Assembly (NCBI RefSeq): GCF_006345805.1
Contig: NC_043000.1
Coordinates: forward strand, 92,442,001-92,506,000
DNA: 64,000 bases
Source of the DNA: Octopus sinensis
Lineage: Eukaryota
Direction: 5' to 3'
Shown here: in pieces, positions 39,387 to 53,937 of the stretch
How the letters are laid out: the number at the start of each line of letters is the position of its first letter
How positions within the stretch are numbered: the stretch's first letter is position 1
Made by a program: the position numbers and the translations under genes
Notes under the pieces: generated by a model
Told to the model about the DNA's origin: nothing
What the model saw: only the letters and a program-made list of their open reading frames with translations
The model's database searches: none

Positions 39387-40601
39387 CACCATCTGTCATT
39401 CTCTCATTTCACTGTTTTCTCTTTTTTCCTTAGAATTTACTTGTCTACACACCCCTGCTCTCTGTAGTTCATTCATTCATATATACATGCATGTTTCTGT
39501 GTGTGTGTGAGACAGAGTTAGTGTATGTCTGTGTGTATGTTTGTGCGTGTTTGTGTATGTGTGTGCATGTGTGTGTGTGAACTGTGTCAGTTTGTTGCAA
39601 GCCCATGGCTGGAGTTGAAAGTTTATGACTGGTCATTGCAAAAGCACATCATGCACAACTTTCTGGTCACCACCACCACCACCACCACCACCACCATCAT
39701 CATCTTCACCACCTTCACCACCACCACCACCACCACCACCTCCACCAACCCCACCGCCACCACCACCACCACCACCACCACCAACACCATCGCCATCGTC
39801 ATCAGCATCATTTTTGGTCAGTGCCAGTAAAAATATAGACTATACAAGCAAACCGAAAGCAAGAAAAAAAACTTGTGCATCAGTATCAGCAAAGACATCA
39901 TCTTTACCATTGAAACAAAAGAAATGATGACGACGACGAAAATGGCACCAACAACAACAACGATGATGATGATGACGATGATGATGATGACGATGATGAC
40001 AACAACAATGACAACAACGATGATGACGATGACAATGAGAATGATGATGATGATGATGATGATGATGACGACGACGATTATGATGATGATGATGAAAACT
40101 CCGAGAATGGTGGTAGTTGTGGTGGTGACGATAATACTGATGATCATGATATTGATCATCATCATCATCATGGCTTTATCATTGCACTCATGAACGTTTT
40201 CATATTTTTCTTTTACCAAAATATTGTGGAGATGCTAGCAGTAATTTTTAGTCATTTACAGAAGTGAAATATTGGTAGGTTCCAAGCAGCCAATGAACCG
40301 TAAAAGCACCAATCTAGACTCTATGTAAGTGTATCTCAAGCTACTCTATCTGGCAGAAGTGACCTTAACTCCATGTTGATCATGTAGTAAGAAGGTTGCT
40401 TCTCAGCCACATGGTTCTGGATTCAGTCCCACTGTGTGGTACCTTATTCGACCACAGTACTTACTCTTTTACTCTTTTATTCTTTAATTTGTTTCAGTCA
40501 TTTGACTGTGGCCAAGCTGGAGCACTGCCTTTAGTCAAACAAATCGAGCATCGGACTTATTCTTTGTAAGTCTACTACTTATTCTATCAGTATGACCTGA
40601 T

Positions 40602-40646
<45 letters not shown>

Positions 40647-40651
40647 TAATA

Positions 40652-40711
<60 letters not shown>

Positions 40712-41270
40712 GATGCCCTGATGCTGTACCAGACAGTGGCTCTCATAGCTTCTGATCTTAACTGATTGGAAATGTTATCATGTGCAATTTTTTGCCTTGG
40801 TATAAAAGATGGGCTACAGCAAATATTCTGCTCAATACCACAGATTTGCTTGTCAGTTGTTTGACCTTAACCAGTTGAGCATGTCCCTTAGTGGCTGACG
40901 ATATGCGCATCTCTGATCATGAGCAGAAGAAGTGGGGGAGCATCATAGCCTTGTGTTGAGAGGAATTCTGGGAGGTTTGGATAATTCACCTCTGGAAACA
41001 TGGGTGTTTCATTCAACATCCTTAAACAACCCTTATTCAAGGACCTTTTGAGCAGGATGGGTTACTCAACCTGAAGAAAATTCTAACTGGGCCCAACCTG
41101 CAAGGTTATGTGCTGTTTATCTTGATATGAGATCACCATGTCGTGCACACATGGTAGTGATGCATGTGCCTAGTGTACCCTTATCAGACGGGTAGTCATG
41201 ATGGGTATTCTGGGCTTTGTATATTTTACCCCAGTGTCACTTTGATGGTATGCACAGCTTTCTCGCTCAA
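40712..41270 (+). repeat. ~550-bp dispersed repeat flanked by (AAT)n
   Basis: Second copy in inverted orientation at 45906-46440 (e.g. GATGGGCTACAGCAAATATTCTGCTCA). Confidence 0.85.
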
Positions 41271-41976
41271 TAATGATGATAATAATAATAATAATTTGTC
41301 TATATTTCCATGGTAACATGGGTTTGATGGATGCATAGTATTAAGACATTATTTTACAGCTGGATGCTTTCCCTGCTGCTAAACCTTATCTGTTTTACAA
41401 CTAAGGGAGTTTACATTCCACTTGTCTTCAAAAATACAGTGCTACCAGATGACTCATTCTTGAGGAAATAACAACAAACAACATCGTCTGTCCACACCAC
41501 AGTCATTTTCCACATGTACATGCACTTACATGCATACACACATACATATGCACACACTTATATCACAGGTTTTCTACAGTCTCCATCAACCAGCATTGAC
41601 TCACAAGTTATTGACAGTTCTGGAAACCCTTGGAAAAAACCAATTACCCCATGCACTGTGTAGTTGAATCGAACTCAAAACCTGGCTGTGCAAAGTAAAC
41701 TTCTTAACCATGTAGCCAATACCTATGACTACATGCCCCGAAAAAATAGAAGACCTGAAAAATTTGCAATGAGATGGTCAAGAGATGTTTGCTTTCAATC
41801 ATAGGTGTGCTCAAAATGGGGCTGAACTAGGTTTAAACAACAACAATAACAATCTCACTAGTATGAGAGGGTCTGCAACAATTACGAAGGTCTGCAACAG
41901 TTATGAAGGATGTATAATACCAAACTATATGCTGTGGTGAGTTGACTTTGTGTTTCGTTGGTTTGGGATCAGGATA

Positions 41977-42650
41977 GTGATGATGATGATGATGATGATG
42001 ATAATGATGATGATGACAACGATGATGATGACAAAGATGGTGATGATGATGATGATGATGATCATGATCATGAGGGTGATATTGATGCTGACGATGCTGA
42101 CAATGATGATGATGATAATGAGGATGAGGATGATGATGATGACAACGATGACGATGATGATGATCATCATCATGAGGGCGATATTGATGATGACGATGCT
42201 GACAATGATGATGATGATAATGAGGATGAGGATGATGATGATGTTGATGAGAATGAGGATGAGGAGGATGATAACGGTGACGATGACAACGATGACGATG
42301 AAGGTGATGATAATGATGATGATAGTGACAAGGATGATGATGATCATGAGGGTGATATTGATGATGACGATGCTGACAATGATGATGATGATAATGAGGA
42401 TGAGGATAATGATGATGAGGATGATGAGGATGAGGATGAGGAGGATGATAACGGTGACGATGACAACAATGACTATGATGGTGATGATAATGATGATGCT
42501 GGTGCAGACAATGATGCTGATGATGAGGAGGAAGAGGATGATGATGATGATGAGGATGATGATGATGATGATGAGGAGGAGGAGGAGGATGGTGATGACG
42601 ACCATGGTGATGGTGATGGTGGTGATTGTAATGATAATCATGATAACAAT
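41977..42650. repeat. (GAT)n-derived tract with higher-order internal duplications
   Basis: CATGAGGGYGATATTGATG block at 42069, 42171 and 42345; GAGGAGGATGATAACGGTGACGATGACAAC at 42261 and 42438. Confidence 0.85.
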
Positions 42651-42844
42651 ATGTAAATATATATGCATGTATGTATGTATATATATATATATATATACAT
42701 GTATATATATATTTTATATATATACATGTATGCATGTATATATATATAATTTATATATATATATGCATATATATATATGTATATATATGTATATATATGT
42801 ATATATATGTATATATATATATGTGTGTACATATGTACATATAT

Positions 42845-42880
<36 letters not shown>

Positions 42881-42889
42881 AGCATGTTT

Positions 42890-43385
42890 GTATGTCTGTG
42901 TTTTTCCCCCTACTATTGCTGGACAACTGCTGTCGGTGTATTTACGTCCCCATAACTTAGAGATTCAGCAAATAATAGAACGAGGATAGAATACATACTA
43001 AGCTTGCAAAGAATAAGTCCTGGGGTCTATTTGTTTGACTAAAGGTGGTGCTCCAACATAGTTGCTGTCAAATGACTGAAACGAGTAAAAGAATAAAGGA
43101 ATATATATATATGTATGTATGTATGTATGTATGCATGTATCTGTGTGTGTGTGTGTATTTTGTGTCTGTGTTTGTCACTGCCATCACCGCTTGACAACGG
43201 GTGTTGACGTATTTCCCTCCAAGTAACTTAAAGGTTTGGTAAAAGGGACTGACAGAATAAGTGCTAGGCATTTAAAAGAATATGTCTCTGAGTCAATTTG
43301 TTTGACTAAAAGAAATCCTTCAGGGCAGTGCTCCAGCATGGCCGCAGTCAAATAACTGAAACAAGTAAAACAATAAAACAATAAA
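42890..43385 (+). mobile_element. Two tandem SINE family A 3' halves
   Basis: The family tail occurs twice, ending near 43100 and 43385. Confidence 0.75.
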
Positions 43386-44543
43386 TAGAATGTAATGTTG
43401 GTTGCTGCAGTAATGGTGGCATCGATGGCAGCGATGATGGTGGAGATGGTGGACATGGTGGTGGTGGTGGTGGTGGTGATGGGGTTTGATTTAATAGGGC
43501 TTGTGGCTGTCTATAGTTTGTTGTTCGTGCTTTGCTCGTTGTTTACTGTTATAGTCTGACGAGGTATGACAGGTTGTTTGTTGTTTTTATTATTGTTGTT
43601 GTTGTTGTTATTATTACTGTTTATGTTATCATTAACATTGGCTCAAGAGCCAGTGGATTGTTGTTAAAACTGTTGCCACTGTTTTGTTTTATATTTTATT
43701 TTATTTCATTTTATTTTATTTATTTTCATTAGGTTTGGTGAGTTGCCATTAGTCATTGTTGGCCTCTGTATTATTATTATTATTATTATTATTATATCAT
43801 TATTATCATCATCATCATCATCATCATTATTATTATTAGTAGTAGTAGTTGATAGTTTCGTTTTTATTTATTATCCTGGTCAGTATGAGGTATGGTTTGG
43901 TTGCTCGCTCGACTCTTGTTTTTCCTATGGTAAGGTGAGGGTGTAGTCTCCAGTCCTTGTTTACTGTTATGGTTCAATGAAGTGCGCATGTTGTTTACTT
44001 TATGTAGCATGGAGTTCTTGTTTAGTTCCTATTTTATTGACTTTATTTATTTACTTTTTATGTGTATATATATATATTATATATATATATATATATATTA
44101 GTAGAATTCTGTATGTACGTCTGAGAGAATGTATATGTACTGTATATATTTGAATGTACATCATATATTCACTTTTCTATTCACAAGCAAACAATCAGCC
44201 CACACATATATTTAAGCATATTTATACACACACAAATACACACATATAAATATCTATCTATACATGTATGTATATATATGTTGTATATGTTTGTGTGCAC
44301 ATCACATTTACACTTTTACATTCACAAGCAAGCAACCAGCTGTTCAAAGAAGCATATTTGATCAGTATTCTAGTTTAAGCCATCTTTGCTGATATTGTAG
44401 TGGTATGCTGTCTTAAGATTCAAGACACGCACATATACACATATGGTGCCTAGTTTAAAAAACTACTGGACTTTGGCTGAAGGAGGATTTTACTATCATC
44501 TTGGTTAACTCTTTAACCATACAGCCATCTACGAGCCTATACA

Positions 44544-44643
<100 letters not shown>

Positions 44644-44659
44644 TTATGTATGTATATAT

Positions 44660-44703
<44 letters not shown>

Positions 44704-45081
44704 TGAGTTTGGTTGGTTGTACAAAGAAATTAATAGAACTTAAATGTATAGGTGTCTTGTACAGCTCTGGGTCATGGGTCATCCATCAGCATTACCTAGA
44801 ACTTCTGGAGTGATACCATCGGTGCTGAGTGGAGGCATGTGGCCTAGTGGTTAGGGTGTTGGACTCATGATCATAAGATTATGGTTTCGATTCCTGGACT
44901 AAGTGATTCATTGTGTTCTTGAGCAAAATACTTCATTTCACATTGCTCCTGTCCACTCAGCTGGCAAAAATGAGTAATCCTGCATTGAAACGGTGTCCCA
45001 TCCAGGTGGGGAATATATACTGGGAAACTGACCCTTATAATTCAGTATGACTGAAGAAGGTAACTAACTACAATATTTTTA

Positions 45082-45620
45082 CCATCAGTGTTGATTTTGC
45101 ATCATCTCTGGCAACCACTGAAGTAATTTTGTTACCATCATCATGGTCCTAGAGCCGGTGAAAGTCACTAGTATTGAAAAAGCTCTATTGAAGAACAATT
45201 ATGTTAAGCAGCACATGTCACCAGGGTGGAGGAATATTGACTTCACAAGACAATGCTGTATGGTAAAGTCTCCTCTGGTCACAATGAAAGAAGAGCACCA
45301 AAGAATAGGTACAAATATGCACTAAAGAAATCCTTCAGTGGTGCCACGTTGACCACCATCAGTGGTCTGTTCTTGCTGCTAAATGTAAAACCTGGCATCT
45401 CACTGTTCTGCAGCCAACAACATCCTTTAAAAATACCCACAGGGGCATCCTTGCAGACAAGAGAAAAAGGAGGAATAACAAGAACACTATAACCAATTAT
45501 TACCAGCCTTCCTTCCCATGCAGTTGTTGCAGTCTGGCCTGTTTGTCCTGAACTGGGTTCATCAGGCATCAACAAACCAGCAAATGATGTGGACATTTCC
45601 TCCCATAAATCTTTAAAAAT
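45082..45620 (+). pseudogene. RTE-clade LINE 3' fragment
   Basis: Frameshifted VTSIEKALLK, LYGKVSSGHNERRAPKNRYKYALKKSF, HQWSVLAA, FPCSCCSLACLS; matches the RTE ORF C-terminus pattern (xLYGELxxGxRxxGxPxKRYKD, terminal CxxC). Confidence 0.8.
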
Positions 45621-45905
45621 CTAGCTAAGAAAGAAGCAAGAGAAGATGAATCTGTATGGATACATACATATATAGCTGTCGAATGATGTGAATGAATGCT
45701 CAACATCACATTGGTGAATAGAATCTCTTTATTTGTGCATTATGGCTCTCATTGGTTTCATGTTAGAAATAATATCTTAATACCCTAAGAAATTTTCAGG
45801 CCAGTCACATGGAAGAATGGTGTTCATCTCCATTTTGGATGAAAACAGAAAGTCTTGTAAAGAAACAATAAATCAAGGGGGTATATTTATATATATATTA
45901 TTATT

Positions 45906-46440
45906 ACAATCATTATTATTGAGTGAGAGAGCAGTGCATGCCATCAAAGTGACACTGGGGTAAAATATATAAAGCCCAGTATACCCATCATGACTACCCA
46001 TATGATAAGGGTACACTAGGCACATGCATCACAACCATATGTGCGCGACATGGTGATCTCATATCAAGATAAACAGCACATAACCTTGCAGGTGGAACCC
46101 AGGTAGAATTTTCTTCAGGTTGAGTAACCCATCCCGCTCAAAAGGTCCTTGAATAAGGGTTGTTTAAGGATGTTGAACGAAACACCCATGTTTCCAGAGG
46201 TGAATTATTTAAACCCCAAAGAATCCCTCTCAACACATGGCTATGATGCTCCCCACTACTTCTGCTCATGATCAGAGATGCACATATCGTCAGCTAGTAA
46301 GGGACATGTTCAACTGGTTAAGGTCAAACAACTGACAAGCAAATCTGTGGTACTGAGCAGAATATTTGCTGTAGCCCATCTTTTATACCAAGACAAAACA
46401 ATGTACATGATAACATTTCCAATCACTTAAGATCAGAAGC
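45906..46440 (-). repeat. Second copy of the 40712-41270 repeat
   Basis: Reverse-complement match over about 530 bp. Confidence 0.85.
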
Positions 46441-46549
46441 CAAATGAGGAGAAATATTCATTAAATGTAAATAATGTAAATAATATATATGTGTGTATAT
46501 ATTTACATATATATATGTATATGTATATATTTGTATATATGAGTGTGTG

Positions 46550-46586
<37 letters not shown>

Positions 46587-46883
46587 GTATATATATATTT
46601 GTAATCATCATCATCCACATCATCAACATTTAACATCTGTTTTCTATACTGGCATGGGTGCATTAGTGTAGCATTGACACCAAAGCATTTTGCGTGGCAC
46701 CGGTAACCGACAAGCTTGTATGTATAGGGGACAATGATTTTACTTAGCTTGATGTCTCTTCTCAAGTACAGCAGTAAATTGCCACAACTTCTGCTCCTTT
46801 GTTTTCTCCTCAGTGAGGTCCAGCATCCAAAGATCCTTTCTCACCACTTCCTTGCACATCTTCTTGGGTCTACCACTTCCACT

Positions 46884-47165
46884 AAGTCGACCTCGGCGGA
46901 ATTTGAACTCAGAACATAATGGTAGACAAAATACCTATTTCTTTGCTACCCACAAGGGGTTGAACACAGAGGGGACAAACAAGGACAGACATACGGATTA
47001 AGTCGATTACATCGACCCCAGTGCATAACAGCTACTTAATTTATCGACCCCAGAAGGATGAAAGACAAAGTCAACCTCGGTGGAATTTGAACTCAGAATG
47101 TAGCAGCAGACGAAATACCGCTAAGCATTTCACCCAGCATGCTAACATTTCTGGCAGCTCGCCAA
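46884..47165 (-). mobile_element. SINE family B dimer (partial)
   Basis: Same monomer-monomer junction as at 9621/9622. Confidence 0.8.
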
Positions 47166-48255
47166 TATCTAACTGGGAAAAAGGTGCCTCGATGAATTCC
47201 ACCTGACCCATGCAAGCACAGAAAAGTATACATTAAACTGATGAAGACAATGTCATAGGCAAAGAGATATTTGACAAATCACTACATGTCTTAATGTACC
47301 CAAATTATTATTAAACAAGTAAAGAGAAAAGAACTAAAACAAGATAGGTTTTATAAAAACGGGAAGAAAAGATCTACAGTTAAATTATTTGAAAAGTAAT
47401 AGAACTTTAACATTTAAACAGAGTAAAAATTTATAGGCTTAATGAAAGTAGGAAGTGTTCTCTTATTTTGTAATGAAATTAATTTCGTATAAATGAAACA
47501 AAATGTATAATAAAATAAATAGCAAAAATTTTTTTTAAAGCGAAGAGAATTTAGCAACTTTATCTTGACTGAAAATTTTTTTTAATGTAAGTAAATATCT
47601 TTGTATAAATAGGAATTTTATTTCAATCAATTTGCTATGGGACAATCTGTGATTAATGAAAATAATAATTATGACAACAAAATGAACAGTAGAATAATAA
47701 ACATAGAAATTAAAAAAAAAAATAACAAGAAATGAAAAATAAAGGAAGAAAGAACGAAAATGCAAAGAAAGGATTTTTTTTTTTTGCAAACCAAAGTTGC
47801 CTTCAAAACAAACTTTGGAATAATGAGTCATTTAGAGAATAAAGAAAAACAAACAGATTTCTGTAAAAATTTTAAAGAATATTTTTTTAAATCTTGCAAA
47901 GCAAAATTATAAAATATATTATAAACAATTAAAAATAAATATAATTAAAATAGGAGAGAAAAAGTAATGTAACAAAAAATTTTATTTTAAAAATAAAATA
48001 AATAAAATATTTGCTTAATCAACTGAAGAATTTGAAAACAATCAATGTTATTTTGCTGTAGTTGTTGTTGATTTTTTAGTGTTTATTTTCATCGTTATTG
48101 CTGTCGTTATTTTTGTAGTTGTAGTTGTTGTTATTTTCATACTGTTCTGCAAATATTTCTTTTAAAAAGTAGTTTTTCAACTAATTTATTTTTAGTTATG
48201 GATAAATCATCGAAGAAGATTTCATGACAAGAACAAGGAAGAAATAAACTTACAA

Positions 48256-48301
<46 letters not shown>

Positions 48302-48336
48302 GGTAGTGGGGGTAGTGTTGTTGTTGCTGTTATCCC

Positions 48337-48398
<62 letters not shown>

Positions 48399-48484
48399 GT
48401 TTGAGGAAAGCATGAAGAGTTGTATTTCTTGAAATAAAAATTTGTACATGCTGGAAAACATGCATAGAAGCGTTTGATATTCAT

Positions 48485-48695
48485 TTCAAATTTTGGCACA
48501 AGGCCAGCAATTTCAGTGGAGAGGTAAGTTGATTACACTGACTCTAGTGTTCAACTGGTACTTATTTCATTAATCCCAAAGGTATGAAAAGCAAAGTTGG
48601 TCTCGGCAGAATTTGAACTCAAAATGTGAAGATGAACAAAATGCCACTGAACATTTTGCTCAGCATGCTAACAATTCCATTAGCTCACCACCGTT
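48485..48695 (-). mobile_element. SINE family B monomer
   Basis: Minus-strand GAGTTCAAATTCTGCCGAGACCAACTTTGCTTTTCAT. Confidence 0.75.
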
Positions 48696-49257
48696 AGAGA
48701 GTTCAATATTAAGAAGAAGGTTCATAGAACAAAGTATCAGGTTTAACAAGGATGTTCATGGTTTTGAAAGTGTTGAGGGTTAGAAAAAATGTTTAAGGTT
48801 AACAATAGTATTCAAGGTTAAAATATGATAAGAATGACTTAATAATGAGATAGGCATGGCTGAGTGGTTAAGACATTCACTTACCAGTCACATGGTTTCA
48901 GGTTCAATATCATTGTATGTCACCTTGAGCAGGTTTCTTCTAATTATTTGCTTGGCTGCTCAAAAATTCGTGAATTGATTTGTTTGGTGGAAGCTGAGAG
49001 AAACCTATTAAGCATGCACATATGTGAGGGCCTTATAAACCCCCTCTTCCTTCTCGTTATCATCGTCATCACCACCACCACCACCATCATCATCATCAGC
49101 AGCAGCTTCAGCATTATTATTCAATGTCCATTTTCCAAGCATCAATGACCATCACACCTGATTGGGATTTGGGGTGAGTTATCTTACATGTCTATGACTT
49201 TCAGGTATCTTAACACATTGAGAGATAATATATATATATGTATGTATGTATGTATAC

Positions 49258-49650
49258 TCTTACTCTTTTACTCTTTTACTTGTTTCAGTCATTTGACTGC
49301 GGCCATGCTGGAGCACCGCCTTTAGTCGAGCAATCGAACCCGGGACTTATTCTTTGTAAGCCCAGTACTTATTCTATCGGTCTCTTTTGCCAACCCACTA
49401 AGTGACGTTGTCAAGCATGCTAGGGAGACAAACACAGACACACAAACACACAACACCACACACACACACACATATAATAATATATACATTATATACGGCA
49501 GGCTTCTTTCAGTTTCCGTCTACCAAATCCACTCACAAGGCATTGGTCGGCCCGGGGCTTAGCAAAGACACTTGCCCAAGTGCACGCAGTGGGACTGAAC
49601 CCGCACCATGTGTTGGTAGCAAGCTACTTACCACACAGCCACTCCTGCAC
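49258..49650 (-). mobile_element. SINE family A, full length, low divergence
   Basis: A box TGGCTGTGTGG, B box GGTTCAGTCCC, body and tail. Confidence 0.88.
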
Positions 49651-50695
49651 TTATGTATGTATATGCGTATGTATGTATATGTATGTATATATCAGGTAAA
49701 AGACCCACTTCAGTCATGAATGGCCATGGGATTGCACCTAGAAAGCTCCCCTCTAATGCTCAAGTCCAGACAAGGTTGTTTATGGAAGGCTAGCAGTTGC
49801 CCATGCCTACCAGCAGTAACCAATGCCTACCATCCTCCCCTCTCCAATGTTATCCAAGGTAAAGACAAAGGCTGATACAGCTTGGCACCAGTGGCATCAT
49901 AACTCATTTCTACAGCTGAGTGAACCAGAACAATATGAAATAAAGTGTCTTGCTCATGAATACACAACCTGGTCCAGAGATTGAACTCACTACCTCATGA
50001 TTGTGAACCTGATGCTCTTACCACTGAGCCATGCACCTGCACATATGTATGTGCCACAGAACCTCCCAGCTGTCACTTCACATGCTTTAACACCTCTGAA
50101 ATAAAAAAGAATCTCCCTTAGGTTGAGAAGTAAGAGGTGACTGTGGGCAAAACGAATGAGCATAAAATTCAAAGTCAAATAACATGTCATCTAACCCATT
50201 ATGGCATGGAAAAGATTAAGTAAATATACAAACAATCTGTACACATATGTATGCATGTGTGTGTATGTGTGCATGTGCGTGTGCATGTGTAAATGCATGC
50301 TTGTGTGTATAAGCATGTGTAATTACATATATATATATATATAATCATGTATTAGTAAATAAATGACTTGATGGACGTTTGTTGTATCTATGCAAGTGTG
50401 CAGAGATGTTAGGATATACATATATACATATATACACATATTACATAGACATATACACATATTACATAGACGCATACACACACATACACGCACATACATA
50501 TATACATGATTGTATGCATGCGTCTACATGTGTGTGTGTGCTTTTGAATATCTGTGTATATAAACGTATATATGCATATGTGTATATCTATCTATCTACC
50601 TATATACTTACACACACACACACACACCACACACATATATACACACACATACATATGTATATATGTATATGAATGTATGTATATATGTATGCATG

Positions 50696-50726
<31 letters not shown>

Positions 50727-51432
50727 GCATGTATGTATATATGTGTGTGTGGATGTGTTTGTATGTATGCGTTTACATAAATTCATTGTGATATTAGAGC
50801 AACTGCGCTACATTCTGCATGTCAAGTACTCTATACTTAAAGAACTAAACTGATAGTAGCCATTTGACCTTACACAGGTAAGTCATCTCCAGAAGGAGAT
50901 ATGAAAAAATAGCCATTTGCACTTGAAGTACAGCTGAAAGAACAGCAAATTGAACTTTTAATATGAATACTTTTCTATGAATTGCAATATAGTATCATAG
51001 ATGAGAGGACATCTGATTCATTCTGATATGACTCCCATATGTATGTATGTACATATCTATGAGTTTGTATAATTATGTATGTATTTATGCATGTATGCAC
51101 ATATGAATTTGTGTGTGTGTGTGTGTATGTATGTACATATATATATATAAATGTACATAGGTTCTTATATATATATATATATATATATAGGTGTAGGAGT
51201 GGTTGTGTAGTAAGTAGCTTGCTTACCAACCACATGGTTCCAGATTCAATTCGACTATGTGGCACCTTGGGCAAGTGTTTTCTACTATAGCCTCGGGCTG
51301 ACCAAATCCTTGTGAGTGGATTTGGTAGATGGAAACTGAAAGAAGCTCATCGTATATATATATATATATAAACAATAATAAATCTCTGAGTGAGATATAA
51401 ACAGTAGCAGCATGACATCATAATGTATATAT

Positions 51433-51463
<31 letters not shown>

Positions 51464-52934
51464 TACACACACACATATATGTCTGTGTGTGTATGTGTGT
51501 ATCTATGTGCATGTGTGTGCAATTGTAAATGCGATAGCTGTAGGCATGGGTGTGCATAGTTAGGAAGCTTCCTTTCTAACTGAGTTATTTAATGCTTTGT
51601 TGCATTGTGTGACACCTTCGGCAAGTGTTTTTACAATAGCAGCCATGAGTTAAACATTTCCTGCCCTTCATCATGTCAAATGAAGGTTACTGGAAAAAGT
51701 GAGCTATACTTTAACAGGAGTAACAGATGTTGATTGTGCCTGGCTGAGCAAAGCTTAATATTAAAGAACTCTCTAGACACAGATACCTACCTTAGCTGTA
51801 GGAATGAAATCTTCTGATCATGCCCTTTATTAATGCAGTCAAACACATTCTGAATATAAGCATTGCAACACCACCAAAGATTTCCCCCTCGACCGAAGCC
51901 TAAAGAATCAATATCAGGCTTGGCACTCCCAATGGTAGCACTCCACACATGTAAAACTTGTTAGATGGAAACTGAAAGAAGCTCGTCATGTGTGTTTATA
52001 ATATATAAGTTTGTGTGTGTGTGTGTCTGTGTTTGTGTATCTGTGTCTGTGTGTGAGTGTGAGTTTGTGAATGTTTGCCCCTTTTTGTCTTGACATAATG
52101 TGGTATGACTATTCAAGACAATAATACTGAGATAGCAGGGAGCAGACAGTAGGTTTTGTGATCACAGAAGACTTTGTGATCCAGGAGGTAGAATGATGCT
52201 AGAAAGATGATGGAATCCTGGGAGAAAAAATACAAGTGTATACAGGCTACAGGCAGACAGTAATATGAGGTGATGACAGCCAGCACAGGAGATGGTGGAG
52301 ATGTAGATAGCTGGGTACAAGTAAATAATGTAACCACCATAGGTGAGATGGGTGCTGATGCTGAATGATACGAGTGGTGGCATGATGAACAAAAAAGTAG
52401 GAAGACCTTGTATCAAAGAGCGGCATAAATGAGTGATGGATAGAGAGAAAGAATTGGTGTAGTGTCATCCTGATAAGAAGTAATGTACAAAGAACAGAAG
52501 AAATCCACTTCCATTGTAAGTCACATCGGAACAGAGCATAGTGAGAGTTAGAGAATTGCAATGGCAATGTGTATGGGCGAAAGAATGCTATGTATGGGGA
52601 ATAGAACATTGAAACATAGTATAGCAGTTGCTGAGAAGAGGAAGATAAGCAATGAGTATTACCAAACTGGATAAGAGCTCAAAAGCAAGAAGAGAATGCA
52701 GTGCATGACGAATAGAAGAGGCAAAAACCATTAGTCATTAGTCATATGAATAAGCAAAATATAGAATGATGAGGTAGCGAGTGATTGAGTGAGAGGAGAA
52801 TACTAAAGGCAGGGATACATGGAGCAAGATTAAAAAAGATGAAGGCGAAGGTTGAAGGGATATGGATGACAGCGGTATGATAAATAGACAAATGAATGAT
52901 GTAGTAATAGAGGCAATATTAGTATTATTGCTAG

Positions 52935-53130
52935 GGCAGAATCCTTAGTCTGCCGTGCAAAATGCTTAGCGGCATTATGCCTGTCTTCATGCTCTGAGTT
53001 CAAATTCCACTGAGGTCAACTTTGCTTTTCATCCTTTCGGGGGTCGATAAAATAAGTAGCAGTTGAGCACTGGGGTTGATGCAATCGACCTACTCCTGCC
53101 CCAAAGTTGCTGGCCTTGTGCCAAAATTTG
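52935..53130 (+). mobile_element. SINE family B monomer
   Basis: GGCAGAATCCTTAG...GAGTTCAAATTCCACTGAGGTCAACTTTGCTTTTCATCCTTTCGGGGGTCGATAAAATAAGTA. Confidence 0.8.
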
Positions 53131-53397
53131 AAATTAATTTCAATATTATTGCTAGCAAGGAGATGAATCACTGCTATCTCTAGTGGTTGAGTGATCATCA
53201 TTGAAACGATCAAGGAAGATCTGGTTTGATCTGATGGCTTTGGTGTTGGAGATGGTATGGGTTTTTCTCCCCACTTGTGATATAAAAAAAGAGTCTATTT
53301 TGAATCAAAAGCCAATATGACGGTTTCTCTCAAGGTAACTACTGCAGTATAGTTTGTTCTAACAGAACATTCATGTTTAAGTGGGGATAGATATTAG

Positions 53398-53715
53398 ACC
53401 TGGAGCCGCAATGGACCAGTGGTTAGGGCAGCGGACTCACAGTTGTAGGATTGCAGTTTCAATTCCCAGACCAGGCGTTGTGAGTGTTTATTGAAGGAAA
53501 ACACCTAAAGCTCCACGAGACTCTGGCAGGGGGTGGGGGGGTGGCGATCCCTGCTGTACTCTTTCGCCACAACTTTCTCTCACTCTTTCTTCTGTTGGCC
53601 TGCTCGCTTAGCCAGTGGGGTGGCATCATTTGAAGGCTAAAACAATGCGAAGTGCATTGGGACCAGCGATGTGTAGTAACATCTGATAGCCTGGTCGGTC
53701 ATGGTGATGGTGAAA
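53398..53715 (+). mobile_element. tRNA-derived SINE
   Basis: A box TGGACCAGTGG, B-box-like AGTTTCAATTCC; head shared with 26290-26660. Confidence 0.75.
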
Positions 53716-53937
53716 TATTAGACCTAGATTAATGATAGAGATGTATGAATTAAGAGACAAGGGATAGAAGGGTGAGTGATATGAATATTAGAAGAGTAAG
53801 AGATTATCAAAGAAATTAATCAACGATTTAGAATAGACAGAGGGAAGACATGCACGTACAGGTGCAAACATACACATGCCTCACAATACATACCTGTACA
53901 TATACAAATACATATAACACAGACACACACAAATATA

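Noticed and set aside
39625-40219. Poly-Pro, poly-Thr and poly-Met ORFs
   Set aside because: (CAC)n and (GAT)n microsatellite translations.
45279-45596. Minus-strand 105-aa ORF with plausible splice sites
   Set aside because: It is antisense to a recognisable RTE LINE 3' fragment.
52110-52930. Purine-rich tract as a LINE endonuclease remnant
   Set aside because: The composition is suggestive, but no diagnostic motif could be read in any frame.
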